DNA of 49,834 bases from Paracoccaceae bacterium (GTDB lineage Bacteria; Pseudomonadota; Alphaproteobacteria; Rhodobacterales; Rhodobacteraceae): contig JAHRVZ010000455.1 of NCBI GenBank assembly GCA_019090405.1, positions 1 to 49,834 of the forward strand, in the 5' to 3' direction. Position 1 is the stretch's first letter; each line of letters opens with the position of its first letter. Made by a program: the position numbers and the translations under genes. Below, in pieces: positions 1 through 9,709 of the stretch. Under the pieces are notes generated by a model. It was not told where the DNA came from. It made no database searches and worked only from the letters and a program-made list of their open reading frames with translations.

Positions 1-236
1 GCATCCGCATCCACTGATGCAACGGCTTTCTCGATCGACGATTTACAATGGCCACAACTCATCTGTGGCACGGAAAATTTTGTCATGTTTGCTCCTGTCA
101 TTTCAGTGGGTGTTTAACAGCTTCCCGCGCCGGAAGATCAACCAAAAGATTAGGTGGTCGTGCAATCAGATCGAAACTGAGTCCCGCCAAAATCCGGATG
201 AAGATCCAAACCAAACAAACCAAAGGAGAGGCTAGA

Positions 237-686
237 ATGAAATCTGTTATGTTTACAACACTTGCGTTGGCATTTTTGGGGATGCCAGTATTTGCTGATG
301 GCCATGCAACCGGTGATGCCAACGCAGGCGAAAAAGTCTTTAAGAGATGCAAGGCATGCCATTCAATTATCGATACAAGTGGCGACGTGATTCAAAAAGG
401 TGGCGCCGTTGGGCCGAACCTCTATGGTCTGTATAATCGCTTTGCGGGAACCGACCCAGTTTTTAGCGACAAGTACGGCAGTTCCATCGTTGAGGCCGGT
501 GAAAGTGGTTTGGCGTGGAGCGAAACTGATTTCATGAGCTACGTTGCGGACCCAAAGAAATTTTTGGCAGTTTACCTGGACGACAAGAAGGCAAAATCCA
601 AGATGGGATTCAAGCTGAAAAAAGTAGACGATGCCAGAGACATTTGGGCATATCTTGTCTCAGTTGGGCCAGAAGTAGTGGAATAG
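237..686 (+). CDS. exported class I c-type cytochrome (cytochrome c2/c550-like)
   Basis: ATG at 237 follows AAAGGAGAG. Signal peptide MKSVMFTTLALAFLGMPVFA. Single heme motif CKACH within GEKVFKRCKACHSI. The ORF-track start at 48 only adds a basic, non-signal extension. Confidence 0.85.
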   Translation: MKSVMFTTLALAFLGMPVFADGHATGDANAGEKVFKRCKACHSIIDTSGDVIQKGGAVGPNLYGLYNRFAGTDPVFSDKYGSSIVEAGESGLAWSETDFMSYVADPKKFLAVYLDDKKAKSKMGFKLKKVDDARDIWAYLVSVGPEVVE

Positions 687-729
687 TTACGGTAAGAGTG
701 CTGAAGCCAAGGGAAGTGATCGTGAACAA

Positions 730-2010
730 ATGAAACTGAAATGCCAACAGCTCACCCAATTTCTGAGATCTGCGCTTGCATCGTTGTGCGTTCTGTGGCT
801 CGGCGCTTCTGATAGCAATGCTGAAAATAGAGTTTTTTCTTCTATCAAGGAACTATCTCCGCCTGTGACCAAAGGGGCACGTGAGCCATCTCTCTCCACC
901 ATGAACGATGGTCGCGTGCTGATGAGTTGGACTGAACCTCAAGGAAACAGTTTTGCAGTAAAAGTCGCAATTTCTGATGGTACCGAATGGTCTAGGCCAC
1001 AAACCGTGGTTGAGCGGAATGATCTCTTCGTGAATTGGGCAGATTTTCCATCTGCTATCGCTTTGGAAGATGGCTCGCTTGTTGCGCATTGGCTTCGCGC
1101 CAATGGTGATGATGACTATTTCTACGATATCAATATCGCCTTTTCACAGGACGAAGGTGTGACTTGGTCAACACCAATCATTCCTCACGACGATCGTTCA
1201 CAACGCCAGCACGGTTTCGCGACACTGCTGCCAAACGATGGCGGCGGTTTTTCGGTGATCTGGTTGGATGGGCAGAACTATGACACCTACGCGTCACAAG
1301 ATGTTGCAGATAACGCCATGCAATTGCGTATGCGCAAATTTTCGGCCGATAGCTCCATGGGAGAGGATCTATTGCTCGACGCGCGTACCTGTACATGTTG
1401 TCAGACTTCCGCTGCCGTAACCGGCGATAACGAACTTCTTGTCGTCTACAGAGACCGGTCGCTCGAAGAGATACGGGACATATCAATCGTGCGTGAGACA
1501 TCGCAGGGATGGTCCACCCCGCAGCCAGTCAGCGTAGACGGATGGAACATCGAAGGCTGCCCCGTGAACGGCCCCGCGATTGATACGGTTGATGGCTACG
1601 CTGCTGTGGCGTGGTTCACCGCGGCAAATGATTTTCCCAAGGTCAAAGTCGCGTTTTCAAGCGATGATGGCATAACCTTTGCGAAAGCGCTGGAAATCGA
1701 CACCAGTGCACCGTCCGGTAGGGTCGACGTCATACAATTGAAAGATGGCTCTGCGCTGGTGACTTGGGTCAAACAAACAGCGCAGGGTGAAGCAATTCTG
1801 ATCTGTGCCGTCAAACCGCAAGAAGGTTGCGTACGCCCCGAAGTCGTGGCGATCAGCCCAAGCGGGAGAACAGTCGGTTTCCCCAGAATGACACTTGGCA
1901 ATGGGGGCGTGTTCATCGCCTGGACAGAACCCACAAACCCATCCGTGACCCAACCCAGAGGCGGGACGACAATACGCACGGTGTTGGCACGAACGGAGGA
2001 GTTGAAATGA
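730..2010 (+). CDS. exported BNR/Asp-box repeat (sialidase-like beta-propeller) protein
   Basis: Hydrophobic N-terminus. Asp-box motifs SQDEGVTWS and SSDDGITF. The stop overlaps the next start (ATGA at 2007-2010). Confidence 0.6.
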   Translation: MKLKCQQLTQFLRSALASLCVLWLGASDSNAENRVFSSIKELSPPVTKGAREPSLSTMNDGRVLMSWTEPQGNSFAVKVAISDGTEWSRPQTVVERNDLFVNWADFPSAIALEDGSLVAHWLRANGDDDYFYDINIAFSQDEGVTWSTPIIPHDDRSQRQHGFATLLPNDGGGFSVIWLDGQNYDTYASQDVADNAMQLRMRKFSADSSMGEDLLLDARTCTCCQTSAAVTGDNELLVVYRDRSLEEIRDISIVRETSQGWSTPQPVSVDGWNIEGCPVNGPAIDTVDGYAAVAWFTAANDFPKVKVAFSSDDGITFAKALEIDTSAPSGRVDVIQLKDGSALVTWVKQTAQGEAILICAVKPQEGCVRPEVVAISPSGRTVGFPRMTLGNGGVFIAWTEPTNPSVTQPRGGTTIRTVLARTEELK

Positions 2011-2546
2011 AACAATTCATAAAGCGGTTTCTTCCCTTCGTGATGTTGCTTGCAATCTTGCCGGGTACGACATTCGCAGAGGGAAAAAGGTTCGTTTTCG
2101 GCATTCATCCGACACCTAAAGAAATCCCAGAAATCGCGTTTGAAGATTTGGAAGGGCAGCAGTTTACGCTTGAGGATTTCGAAGGAAAATACCTTCTCCT
2201 GAACGTCTGGGCAACGTGGTGTCCGCCATGTCGCAAGGAACTCCCCGACTTGCAGGGTTTGCAGCAAAAACTCGGGGGACAGCAATTCCAGGTCGTTGCC
2301 CTTTCGACCGATGCCGGAAAACGCGCCAGCGTGCTCCGCCTTTATCAAGAACTTGGCCTCAATGTGGACAGCATATTCATAGACGAAACCGGATCAGCCA
2401 TGCGCAAGCTTGGGATTTTTGCAATGCCGACAACTCTACTGATAGATCCTCAGGGACGCGAAATAGGGCGAAAACCTGGGCCGGCTGACTGGGACAGCTC
2501 TTCAGCGCTTACATTCTTTTCTCAGCAGATTTCTAGCGACGATTGA
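2007..2546 (+). CDS. TlpA-like periplasmic thiol:disulfide oxidoreductase (thioredoxin fold)
   Basis: Internal ATG at 2007 overlaps the upstream stop. Signal peptide MKQFIKRFLPFVMLLAILPGTTFA. WCPPC active site in LLNVWATWCPPCRKELP. Confidence 0.85.
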   Translation: MKQFIKRFLPFVMLLAILPGTTFAEGKRFVFGIHPTPKEIPEIAFEDLEGQQFTLEDFEGKYLLLNVWATWCPPCRKELPDLQGLQQKLGGQQFQVVALSTDAGKRASVLRLYQELGLNVDSIFIDETGSAMRKLGIFAMPTTLLIDPQGREIGRKPGPADWDSSSALTFFSQQISSDD

Positions 2547-2660
2547 TTGTATAATGGCCTAACGAAACTCCTAGTTTTTAGAATGCATACAACTGCTTCT
2601 AGCCTGTGTCTCATCCCGCTGATCAAAGTGGATGTGACGGCCATATGTTTTAGAGGCCCA

Positions 2661-2810
2661 TCACCCAATACGCACACCCGTAACTGTCACGAAAATATAG
2701 GGCGGCAGATCGAGGTTGCGCGGGGCAGGGCCTTTGCGAATCCGTCCAGCAGTATCGTATTGAGAGCCATGACACCCAAACCTGCGGGTTGGAACACGCC
2801 GGAAACTCAT
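2661..2810 (-). pseudogene. C-terminal remnant of a Rieske [2Fe-2S] protein (PetA-like)
   Basis: A 49-codon minus-strand frame reads [49 protein letters not shown]. It matches the conserved Rieske C-terminus [23 protein letters not shown]. The first Cys of the CxCH box is lost and the whole N-terminal part is absent. Confidence 0.55.
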
Positions 2811-2819
2811 AACTCTCGT

Positions 2820-3488
2820 TCATTCAAGAATGTCGATGATTTTGGTGTATCCACGTGACATTGCATGTTGTAGTGTGGTTACTCCGTCGCGATCTGCGAT
2901 GGATTTATCTGCGCCTGCCTCTACGAGTATCTGAACTGTCTTGACGTGATCCGATCCACCGTCTCCCAAGACCACGGCCTCCATCAAGGCCGTCCATCCA
3001 AGATTATTGACATGATCGAGCGGCGCACCGCCTGCGACAAGCCGGGCCACCACATCATGATGCCCAAGGTGGGCCGCGGCGATAAGGGCCGTGCCGTCAT
3101 AGATGCTGGTGATCAGGTCCGCCTTGTTGCCAAGCGCCAATGCGAGTGACACCAGTTCAGGATCATCAGCGACGGCTGCGATTGTAAGCACATCATAGAC
3201 TCGGTTTTCGAGTGCGTTCATATCGGCACCGCCCTCTGCCAATGCCACCAACGCGTCGTCATTTGAGGCGAATGCGGCAACATGGGCTGGGGTCCGGTCC
3301 TTTTGGTCACGGGCGTTTATGTCGGCCCCTTGCGTGATCAGACGTTTGATCTCAGCAACCCGGCCTTCATGTGCCGCTAGATGCAAGCCTGTATATGACG
3401 CAATGTCAGAGGCAGACGGCGGAGTTTGCGCAAAGGCCGCGCTGGACAAAGCCAATGAGACAACAAGAAAGCGGAGCATGGTAATCAC
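2820..3488 (-). CDS. exported ankyrin-repeat protein
   Basis: Signal peptide MLRFLVVSLALSSAAFA. Repeated ankyrin signatures (GADINARDQKDRTPAHVAA, GWTALMEAVVLG, LVEAGADKSIADRDGVTTLQHA). Confidence 0.85.
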   Translation of the reverse strand: MITMLRFLVVSLALSSAAFAQTPPSASDIASYTGLHLAAHEGRVAEIKRLITQGADINARDQKDRTPAHVAAFASNDDALVALAEGGADMNALENRVYDVLTIAAVADDPELVSLALALGNKADLITSIYDGTALIAAAHLGHHDVVARLVAGGAPLDHVNNLGWTALMEAVVLGDGGSDHVKTVQILVEAGADKSIADRDGVTTLQHAMSRGYTKIIDILE

Positions 3489-3536
3489 CTTTCAAAAGCA
3501 GCGGCCCGCCCATCCAAGGAGCGGGCCGGTTGGGAT

Positions 3537-4019
3537 TTATTCTGCGCCGATGGCATCAAGGCCAGCGCGTGCGCAGTTGGCGTCGATGTCTCCTGATGGC
3601 GCGCCACCAACACCGATACCACCCACCAATGCACCGCCGATCTTGATCGGCAGACCACCTGCCTGGATGACCAGGCGGCTGTCCATGTCTCGCAGGCCGT
3701 CATTTTGCGGATTGCCTCCGATGAACCCGGCCAAACCAGCGGTATCGCGACCAAGGCTTGCAGAGGTGAACGCCTTGCCGGTGCTCGAGCCGACCGTATG
3801 TGGACCGGCATTATCTGCGCGCAACAAAACCTTGGTGTTGCCGCTGCGTGCCACGATGGCAACGCTGACATTGTGACCTTCGGCTGAGCAGGCTTCGACT
3901 GCGGTTTGCGCAGCTTGTGTTGCCAAATCAAGCGGCAGGTAAGGTGCAGTTGGCAATTCCTGAGCAAAAGCGGCGACGGGTGCCAGTAGGGCGGTTGCAA
4001 AAGCGATTGAGCGGATCAT
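3537..4019 (-). CDS. GlcG/HbpS-like (DUF336) heme-binding family protein, exported
   Basis: Signal peptide MIRSIAFATALLAPVAAFA. Glycine-rich family core GGLPIKIGGALVGGIGVGGAPSGDID. Confidence 0.75.
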   Translation of the reverse strand: MIRSIAFATALLAPVAAFAQELPTAPYLPLDLATQAAQTAVEACSAEGHNVSVAIVARSGNTKVLLRADNAGPHTVGSSTGKAFTSASLGRDTAGLAGFIGGNPQNDGLRDMDSRLVIQAGGLPIKIGGALVGGIGVGGAPSGDIDANCARAGLDAIGAE

Positions 4020-4111
4020 TGGGATGTTTCCTTATGTTTGCGTTATGCATCCTGTCTAAACCAACCACCAGTTTCTCGATATTCGTAGCCCCCGCAATGT
4101 TTTCCGTAGTT

Positions 4112-4720
4112 CTACTGATCGCCGCATGCTTCTAACCAATACCGCGTCAGCTCTGCCGTGGAAGAAGTGCCTGCCTTTCCCGCAATCGCAGCCCTGTGGC
4201 TCTCAACCGTGCGCGGCGACAGGTCAAGTGCATCGGCGATCTGCTTGGTGGTCAGCCCCTTGGAGATCATCGCAAGAACCTCCTGTTCGCGCCCTGTCAA
4301 ATGGCCGATCAGCGCCACAGCTTCGGCCCGTTCTGCTGATGCCTGTTCGCGCGCTTCAAGCTCCGCATGACCTTTTTGGATGGCGTCAATCAGGTCTTGC
4401 TCATCCACAGGTTTGCTTAGGAAATCTATTGCACCGTTGCGAAAGGCACGCCTGCATGCTTCGATGTCGCCATGCCCGCTGATTATGACAGTTGGCCAGT
4501 TGATCCCTTGTTCGGTCAGTTTTTCCTGCAATTTCAACCCCGAGATTGCAGGCATTCTAATATCAAGAATAAGACAGCCCGGCATAAGATCTGTAGCTTG
4601 TTTCAGAAAAGTCTCCGGAGAGGCAAAGCTGCGCACATCTAGACCGACCGTTTCCAGCAAAAGCGACAGCGCTTTTCGAACAGCCTCGTCGTCATCAACC
4701 ACATAAACAAAGTTGCTCAT
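4112..4720 (-). CDS. FixJ/NarL-type response regulator (receiver + LuxR HTH)
   Basis: Receiver motifs VYVVDDDEAVR and LILDIRMP. C-terminal LTGREQEVLAMISKGLTTKQIADALDLSPRTVESHR. The start overlaps the kinase stop (4717-4720). Confidence 0.9.
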   Translation of the reverse strand: MSNFVYVVDDDEAVRKALSLLLETVGLDVRSFASPETFLKQATDLMPGCLILDIRMPAISGLKLQEKLTEQGINWPTVIISGHGDIEACRRAFRNGAIDFLSKPVDEQDLIDAIQKGHAELEAREQASAERAEAVALIGHLTGREQEVLAMISKGLTTKQIADALDLSPRTVESHRAAIAGKAGTSSTAELTRYWLEACGDQ

Positions 4721-6246
4721 GACTCCACCTGCTTCTTTGAGAGCGGCAGGGATATTCGAAACGTGGTCTCAGTGGCCTCCGACACCAAAGAAATATCGCC
4801 GCCCATCTCTTCGACGAGCCGTTGACATAGAGCCAATCCCAGCCCGGTTCCGTTGAGCTTTCCGGTTACAAACGGCTCAAAAATCCGAGGCTGCAAATCC
4901 GCAGGCACACCCGGCCCATCATCAACAACTTCCAATACTCCGGTCTCATTGGCGATAAAGGTTCGGACAGTGACACGCGCCATATCCGAGGCGTCGAGGG
5001 CATTGCGCACCAGATTGAAGATCACCTGTTCCAGCTCGACCGGGTCGGCATCAACGGAAGCTGGCGTATCGGACAGCGCTAAAATCACGATAGCTCCCGC
5101 CGCTTTAGCTTCTGACGCCAAAAGCCGTTCCACGCTGCGCACGGCATCATCTAGCGAGCAGGCCGTGAAGGGCGTACGGTTCGGTTTGCTCCAACTCCTC
5201 AAGCGGTTCAGAATGTCGGACGCGCGCTGTGCCTGGGAGACGGTATCGTCCAAAACATCGCTCAATCGGGCTACATCGCCGCGTCGTGCCAAATGGCGCC
5301 CCGCTTGGGATTGGCTGAGGATGGCAGTCAGAGGTTGTGCTAGTTCGTGCGCCATCCCGCTGGCCATCTCGCCCATTGCATTGACGCGCGACGCATGGGC
5401 CAGACGGGTTTCCTGTGCGCTGAGCCTTGCGCGGTTTTCAGCATCATTGGTTCGAGCGCGTTGAGCAAGACCCAGCACTGCAATCACGAATAACCCCGAG
5501 GCGACAGCAAGGACGGACAGAGCTTTCCCAAGCGGCAAGAGATCTGCCAAATGGATCTCCAATGATGTCTTTAGGATCAAAGGCTGCGACGCACTGCCAA
5601 GCGGTTTTGAAAACAGGGCCCCACCCGCAGTAGCCCCACCCGTCAGTACAGCACCATCTGGCGTCATAAGGCTGTATGCCACGGAAGGCATTTGCCAAAA
5701 CGGATCATCAGTCGCAATCAGCGCCTGCGCGTCGATGGCCAACGCCAATCCATGCAGTGCTGCATCCGTATTGGGGCTGCGCTTGACCAATAGATAGTGA
5801 TTTGGTGTCGAGGGCATTTGCGCAATCTGCAAAGCCCCAGTTGATTTTTGGGCCATCTGGCGCACAAGGACCGCATCCTCTTCCGAGAGGCCGGGCAGCG
5901 TTTCAATAGCAGCCTCTGACGGGTCAAAGGGGATTACATTGACCGACGTTATACGCGGATAGAACTGCATGATTGTGTCCGCCACATCCAAAAGCAAATC
6001 TTGTCGCGTAGTTCCACTTGCAACAAAAATTGCCGAAAGTGACGTCAAATGTGCATCGTGTTGATCCGCGCGCTGAGAGGCCAGGCGGTGCAAGATTGCG
6101 CTTTTGGTATTGAATTCGCCAACGAGCCTTTGCCGCTCGAATCCTGCCAATACCGCAAGTGCCAGAGCAACCAGAACAGCCCCAACGGTCACCAGCCGCC
6201 CAAACGACGGCCGTATTTGGTTAGAAAGCAAGCTGGTCCCAGTCAT
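4717..6246 (-). CDS. membrane sensor histidine kinase
   Basis: Two TM segments flank a periplasmic domain of about 220 aa. H-box MAHELAQPL. ATPase G-boxes DDGPGV and GTGLGLALCQRLVEEMGG. Confidence 0.85.
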   Translation of the reverse strand: MTGTSLLSNQIRPSFGRLVTVGAVLVALALAVLAGFERQRLVGEFNTKSAILHRLASQRADQHDAHLTSLSAIFVASGTTRQDLLLDVADTIMQFYPRITSVNVIPFDPSEAAIETLPGLSEEDAVLVRQMAQKSTGALQIAQMPSTPNHYLLVKRSPNTDAALHGLALAIDAQALIATDDPFWQMPSVAYSLMTPDGAVLTGGATAGGALFSKPLGSASQPLILKTSLEIHLADLLPLGKALSVLAVASGLFVIAVLGLAQRARTNDAENRARLSAQETRLAHASRVNAMGEMASGMAHELAQPLTAILSQSQAGRHLARRGDVARLSDVLDDTVSQAQRASDILNRLRSWSKPNRTPFTACSLDDAVRSVERLLASEAKAAGAIVILALSDTPASVDADPVELEQVIFNLVRNALDASDMARVTVRTFIANETGVLEVVDDGPGVPADLQPRIFEPFVTGKLNGTGLGLALCQRLVEEMGGDISLVSEATETTFRISLPLSKKQVES

Positions 6247-6389
6247 CCTGCTTCATCGCAGCTACGGCCTAAAACGCCAATCCGTATTTCTACGGTCAGG
6301 AGTGATCGACTCTCATTCGGAGCTTTAAGGACCGTTGACTCATAGTAATCCATGGATAGCAGACCTTTTCCTATACGCCGAATTAACCT

Positions 6390-7340
6390 ATGGATTATCA
6401 GGGAATGTACTTGTGCCTTATTTTTCACACTCCGTTTTCAGGAACTTTCCCATTGCATAAGACCTTGAAATTGGCATTTGGCAGCATTTTAGTCGCGTGT
6501 GTGGTCTTGGGATTAAAGACCCTTGCATATCTTGCAACAGGAAGCGTAGCGCTGTTTTCCGACGCCATTGAAAGCATTGTTAACATTGTCACTGGCTGTG
6601 TGGCGGTTGTCGTCTTAAAGATCAGCGCCGTTCCTGCAGACAAAAACCACCCATTTGGGCACACCAAGGTGGAATACTTTGCGGCTGTGGGAGAGGGGGT
6701 CCTGATTGTCGTGGCCGCGCTTCTTATTCTGCGCCAGGCCTATGCAGGAGCCATTGATCCAACCCCGTTGAACCTGTCAGTAGCGGGTCTCGCCCTGAAT
6801 GCGGTCGCATCCGTTTTAAACGGATTGTGGTCTTGGGTACTGATCCATAAGGGGCGGGAATGGCGCTCGCCTGCTCTGGTTGCTGACGGTCGCCACTTGT
6901 TTGGCGATGTAATCACATCTGTGGGGGTACTGGCCGGTGTCGGACTGGTCTTGGTGACCGGATGGCAGATACTTGATGCGCTTCTAGCAGCCAGTGTTGC
7001 CATTTTTATACTTTGGTCAGGTTGGAAACTCATTCGAGACTCGGTTGGTGGCCTCATGGACGAAGCAGTGTCACCGGCAACGTTAGAGCTTATTCAGAAT
7101 ATAATTGCTGCACAGGCGGAAGGTGCCATTGAAGCGCACGATGTGCGCACGCGCTATGCCGGTCGGCGCACATTTATTGAATTTCACTTGATTGTACCCG
7201 GCGATATGAAAGTGGCACATGCCCATGAAATCTGTGATCGGATTGAACTTGCGTTGGAACGCGAGATTGCAGGCAGCACTGTTCACATCCATGTCGAACC
7301 CGAGCACAAAGCCAAACCCGATGATGCTATCGTGTTTTGA
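6390..7340 (+). CDS. cation diffusion facilitator (CDF) metal efflux transporter
   Basis: Polytopic N-terminal half with LFSDAIESIVN and HPFGHTKVEYF. Cytoplasmic C-terminal domain ends in HIHVEPEH. The exact start is uncertain. Confidence 0.8.
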   Translation: MDYQGMYLCLIFHTPFSGTFPLHKTLKLAFGSILVACVVLGLKTLAYLATGSVALFSDAIESIVNIVTGCVAVVVLKISAVPADKNHPFGHTKVEYFAAVGEGVLIVVAALLILRQAYAGAIDPTPLNLSVAGLALNAVASVLNGLWSWVLIHKGREWRSPALVADGRHLFGDVITSVGVLAGVGLVLVTGWQILDALLAASVAIFILWSGWKLIRDSVGGLMDEAVSPATLELIQNIIAAQAEGAIEAHDVRTRYAGRRTFIEFHLIVPGDMKVAHAHEICDRIELALEREIAGSTVHIHVEPEHKAKPDDAIVF

Positions 7341-7350
7341 ACGTTTCAGC

Positions 7351-8541
7351 TCAGATTTTCACAAACGCTGCCGTGATGTACATGAATGCCACGCCAGCCG
7401 TCAGCCCACCCAGCACAGACGGCCGCAGGAATGTCTCCAGACCCAGATTATTGCTGCGCATCACGTATGCGCCAACCTGAACCACAACCTGGAGGATCGC
7501 ACCCGCGCCGATTGCCAGAGCGAATGCGCCCCACTGCGGCGAGAAAGCAAGACTGCCCAGCCACATGCCGATAACCGCGGGACCACCGGCAAGCAGGGCG
7601 AGCCCCGCAAAGGCCCACAATGGCGGGCGTTTTCTGAGGATGGGCGCAGCAATGCCGATGCCTTCGGTGATATTGTGCACGGTGAAGCCCAGCACCAAAA
7701 AGGTGCCAAGACCCGCTGATCCCGCTGCAAATGCCGCACCGATCGCCAACCCTTCGCCGAGATTATGCAATCCGATTCCTAAGGCGATGAACGTAGACAG
7801 CGCCAGTCCCGTCGGCGGTCCGCCACGTTGCCCCACGGCCATGAGCAGCAAAAACGTGGCTGCTGCAACCAGGATCACCATGACCGGGCCCTGAAATAGG
7901 GCTGCTGAATTCCCTGCGAGTTCCAGTGCCTCCTCAGCCGAGTCGACCAGCAGGAAAGACAGCAAGCCGATGGTCAATGCCATCAGGAAATTCATGCCGC
8001 CCTGACCGACACCGCGCAATACCGGATAGAACATCAGACCAAAGACAATCGGCACGACACCCACAAAGATGCCGATCAAAGCCTGGAATCTCAACTGACC
8101 CGCCGTGACCTTCGGTGTCGGAACGGCCACCTCGATTTCATGTGTGAATGTCGCACCGGTTGTTGTGACGAGGGTCACAGCATGGGCTTCGCCCAGCACC
8201 CACGGATAGGGGACATCCAGCCACACCGTGGCACCGCGCGATATGTCTCCCGGCGGTGTTTGGGTAAATGACCAATACGCGGCATCAACCTGTACCTGGG
8301 CGATACGCATCGGGTCAGAGCCGCCCGCCCGCACCAGCATTCTCAGGCCCTGATCGTTCAGGATGGTCCGCTCGAATGTCACGCCTTCAACGGGCGGGGC
8401 ACCGTTTCTGAAACTCTGGAAGGGGTCCGCAAAAACGATCCAGCCGATGGCAGCAATCAACAGTGCCAGTGGCATAAGCAGCCAGATGAGGTTCTGCGGA
8501 CGCCGGGATTCCGAGAGTGATGGCTGATCTTCCATGTTCAC
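7351..8541 (-). CDS. ZIP-family metal permease with an N-terminal extracytoplasmic extension of about 150 aa
   Basis: Paired ZIP signatures GLHNLGEGLAIG and VHNITEGIGIA in the C-terminal half. The ATG overlaps the stop of the upstream oxidase (ATGA at 8538-8541). Confidence 0.75.
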   Translation of the reverse strand: MNMEDQPSLSESRRPQNLIWLLMPLALLIAAIGWIVFADPFQSFRNGAPPVEGVTFERTILNDQGLRMLVRAGGSDPMRIAQVQVDAAYWSFTQTPPGDISRGATVWLDVPYPWVLGEAHAVTLVTTTGATFTHEIEVAVPTPKVTAGQLRFQALIGIFVGVVPIVFGLMFYPVLRGVGQGGMNFLMALTIGLLSFLLVDSAEEALELAGNSAALFQGPVMVILVAAATFLLLMAVGQRGGPPTGLALSTFIALGIGLHNLGEGLAIGAAFAAGSAGLGTFLVLGFTVHNITEGIGIAAPILRKRPPLWAFAGLALLAGGPAVIGMWLGSLAFSPQWGAFALAIGAGAILQVVVQVGAYVMRSNNLGLETFLRPSVLGGLTAGVAFMYITAAFVKI

Positions 8542-9635
8542 GCCTCCACGACATCGAAATTCGCCATCCAGCCCAGTTCGGTAAACTCGGCCTGATGTGC
8601 GTGAAACATATAAAGCCCCGGCTCATGTTCGGCGAAGCTGAACTCTAAGATCCCTCGTTCTCCTTGGCATTGAGTGATGAGGTCAACTGTGCGCAGAGTC
8701 GGCGTCAACGTCGTACCTTGATTGTAGTAGTCGAAAAAATTGCCATGAAGGTGGAACGAGTTGATCGGATCAAATTCGACGGCATTGATCAAGTAGACAC
8801 GCACGGGCCGGTTCTTTTCGATCCTGATCGGGGTATTCATATAGGCGAAGGCGACTGTGTTGGCAGCGTAGAACTCATTCTCATCGTCGAAGTTCGTATC
8901 GAAGGCGTTCATCACCATCACCAGTTCCTGCCACTCCGCATTTTCGGCGGTTCCCATCAGGCGCGAACGGGCCACGTTTGTCTGGTCAAGGTGCTTTTCC
9001 GGGTCAGGATCTACGACGAATGCGCCATACATGCCCTTGGCCATATGACGTTTCAGTGGCAGCGCGTGACAGTGATATAGGTGGCAGCCAAACGGTTTGG
9101 CATCGAACTCGTAGGTAAATTCCTCACCTGGGCCAATCATGCCCGGCGTTCCGTTCACACCATCCATCCGCGCTGAATGAATGCCGTGAAAGTGCATTGA
9201 ATGCATGTGCGATCCAAAATTCCGGAACACAATGCGGATCCGATCACCTTCCTTTGCACGCAGGGCAGGGCCGGGAACCCGTCCGTTGAACGTCCAGGCA
9301 GGAAAAAAGACGCCTGGTGCAATCTCAATTTCCTTGTCTTCTGCATCTACTTGGAACGTTCTCAAGGTACGTCCGTCTGACAAGGTTTCGGTCGTACCAA
9401 CATCCCAATCCGTCAGCATTGCTACCGGGTCAAAGCCGTTGGCTAAGTTGTCCACATCGCCAACGGTCATCATATTTCCATGTGTAGCCATGGTTGACGC
9501 GGAAACAGATGGTCCCATAGCCTCCTGTGCCGCCGCTCTGTTTCCAACAGCGACGGAGCCCCCTGCGGCCGCAAGACCCGCCAAGAGAACGCCGCGCCGA
9601 CTTACGGTCTCGTCCCGAGGATTTGCGGGGTCCAT
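8538..9635 (-). CDS. Tat-exported two-domain multicopper oxidase
   Basis: ATG at 9635 follows GGAGA. Twin-arginine signal SRRGVLLAGLAAAGG. Copper-ligand motifs HSMHFHG, HCHALPLKRHMAKGM, FHLHG and FHAHQ. The ORF-track start at 9746 is rejected. Confidence 0.8.
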   Translation of the reverse strand: MDPANPRDETVSRRGVLLAGLAAAGGSVAVGNRAAAQEAMGPSVSASTMATHGNMMTVGDVDNLANGFDPVAMLTDWDVGTTETLSDGRTLRTFQVDAEDKEIEIAPGVFFPAWTFNGRVPGPALRAKEGDRIRIVFRNFGSHMHSMHFHGIHSARMDGVNGTPGMIGPGEEFTYEFDAKPFGCHLYHCHALPLKRHMAKGMYGAFVVDPDPEKHLDQTNVARSRLMGTAENAEWQELVMVMNAFDTNFDDENEFYAANTVAFAYMNTPIRIEKNRPVRVYLINAVEFDPINSFHLHGNFFDYYNQGTTLTPTLRTVDLITQCQGERGILEFSFAEHEPGLYMFHAHQAEFTELGWMANFDVVEA

Positions 9636-9709
9636 GTGTGTCTCCAAGGATTGCGGCCAAACGCATTGCTTTTGACGGATTGCGGTTTTTGGCGGGCACG
9701 CATCGTTCT

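Noticed and set aside
1596-2348. 250-aa antisense ORF across the BNR and TlpA genes
   Set aside because: A shadow ORF opposite two genes with clear motifs. It has no motifs of its own, and such ORFs are common in GC-rich DNA.
2547-2858. 103-aa plus-strand ORF in the tlpA-ankyrin gap
   Set aside because: It has no ribosome-binding site or domain. The opposite strand carries a recognisable Rieske C-terminal remnant that better explains the sequence.
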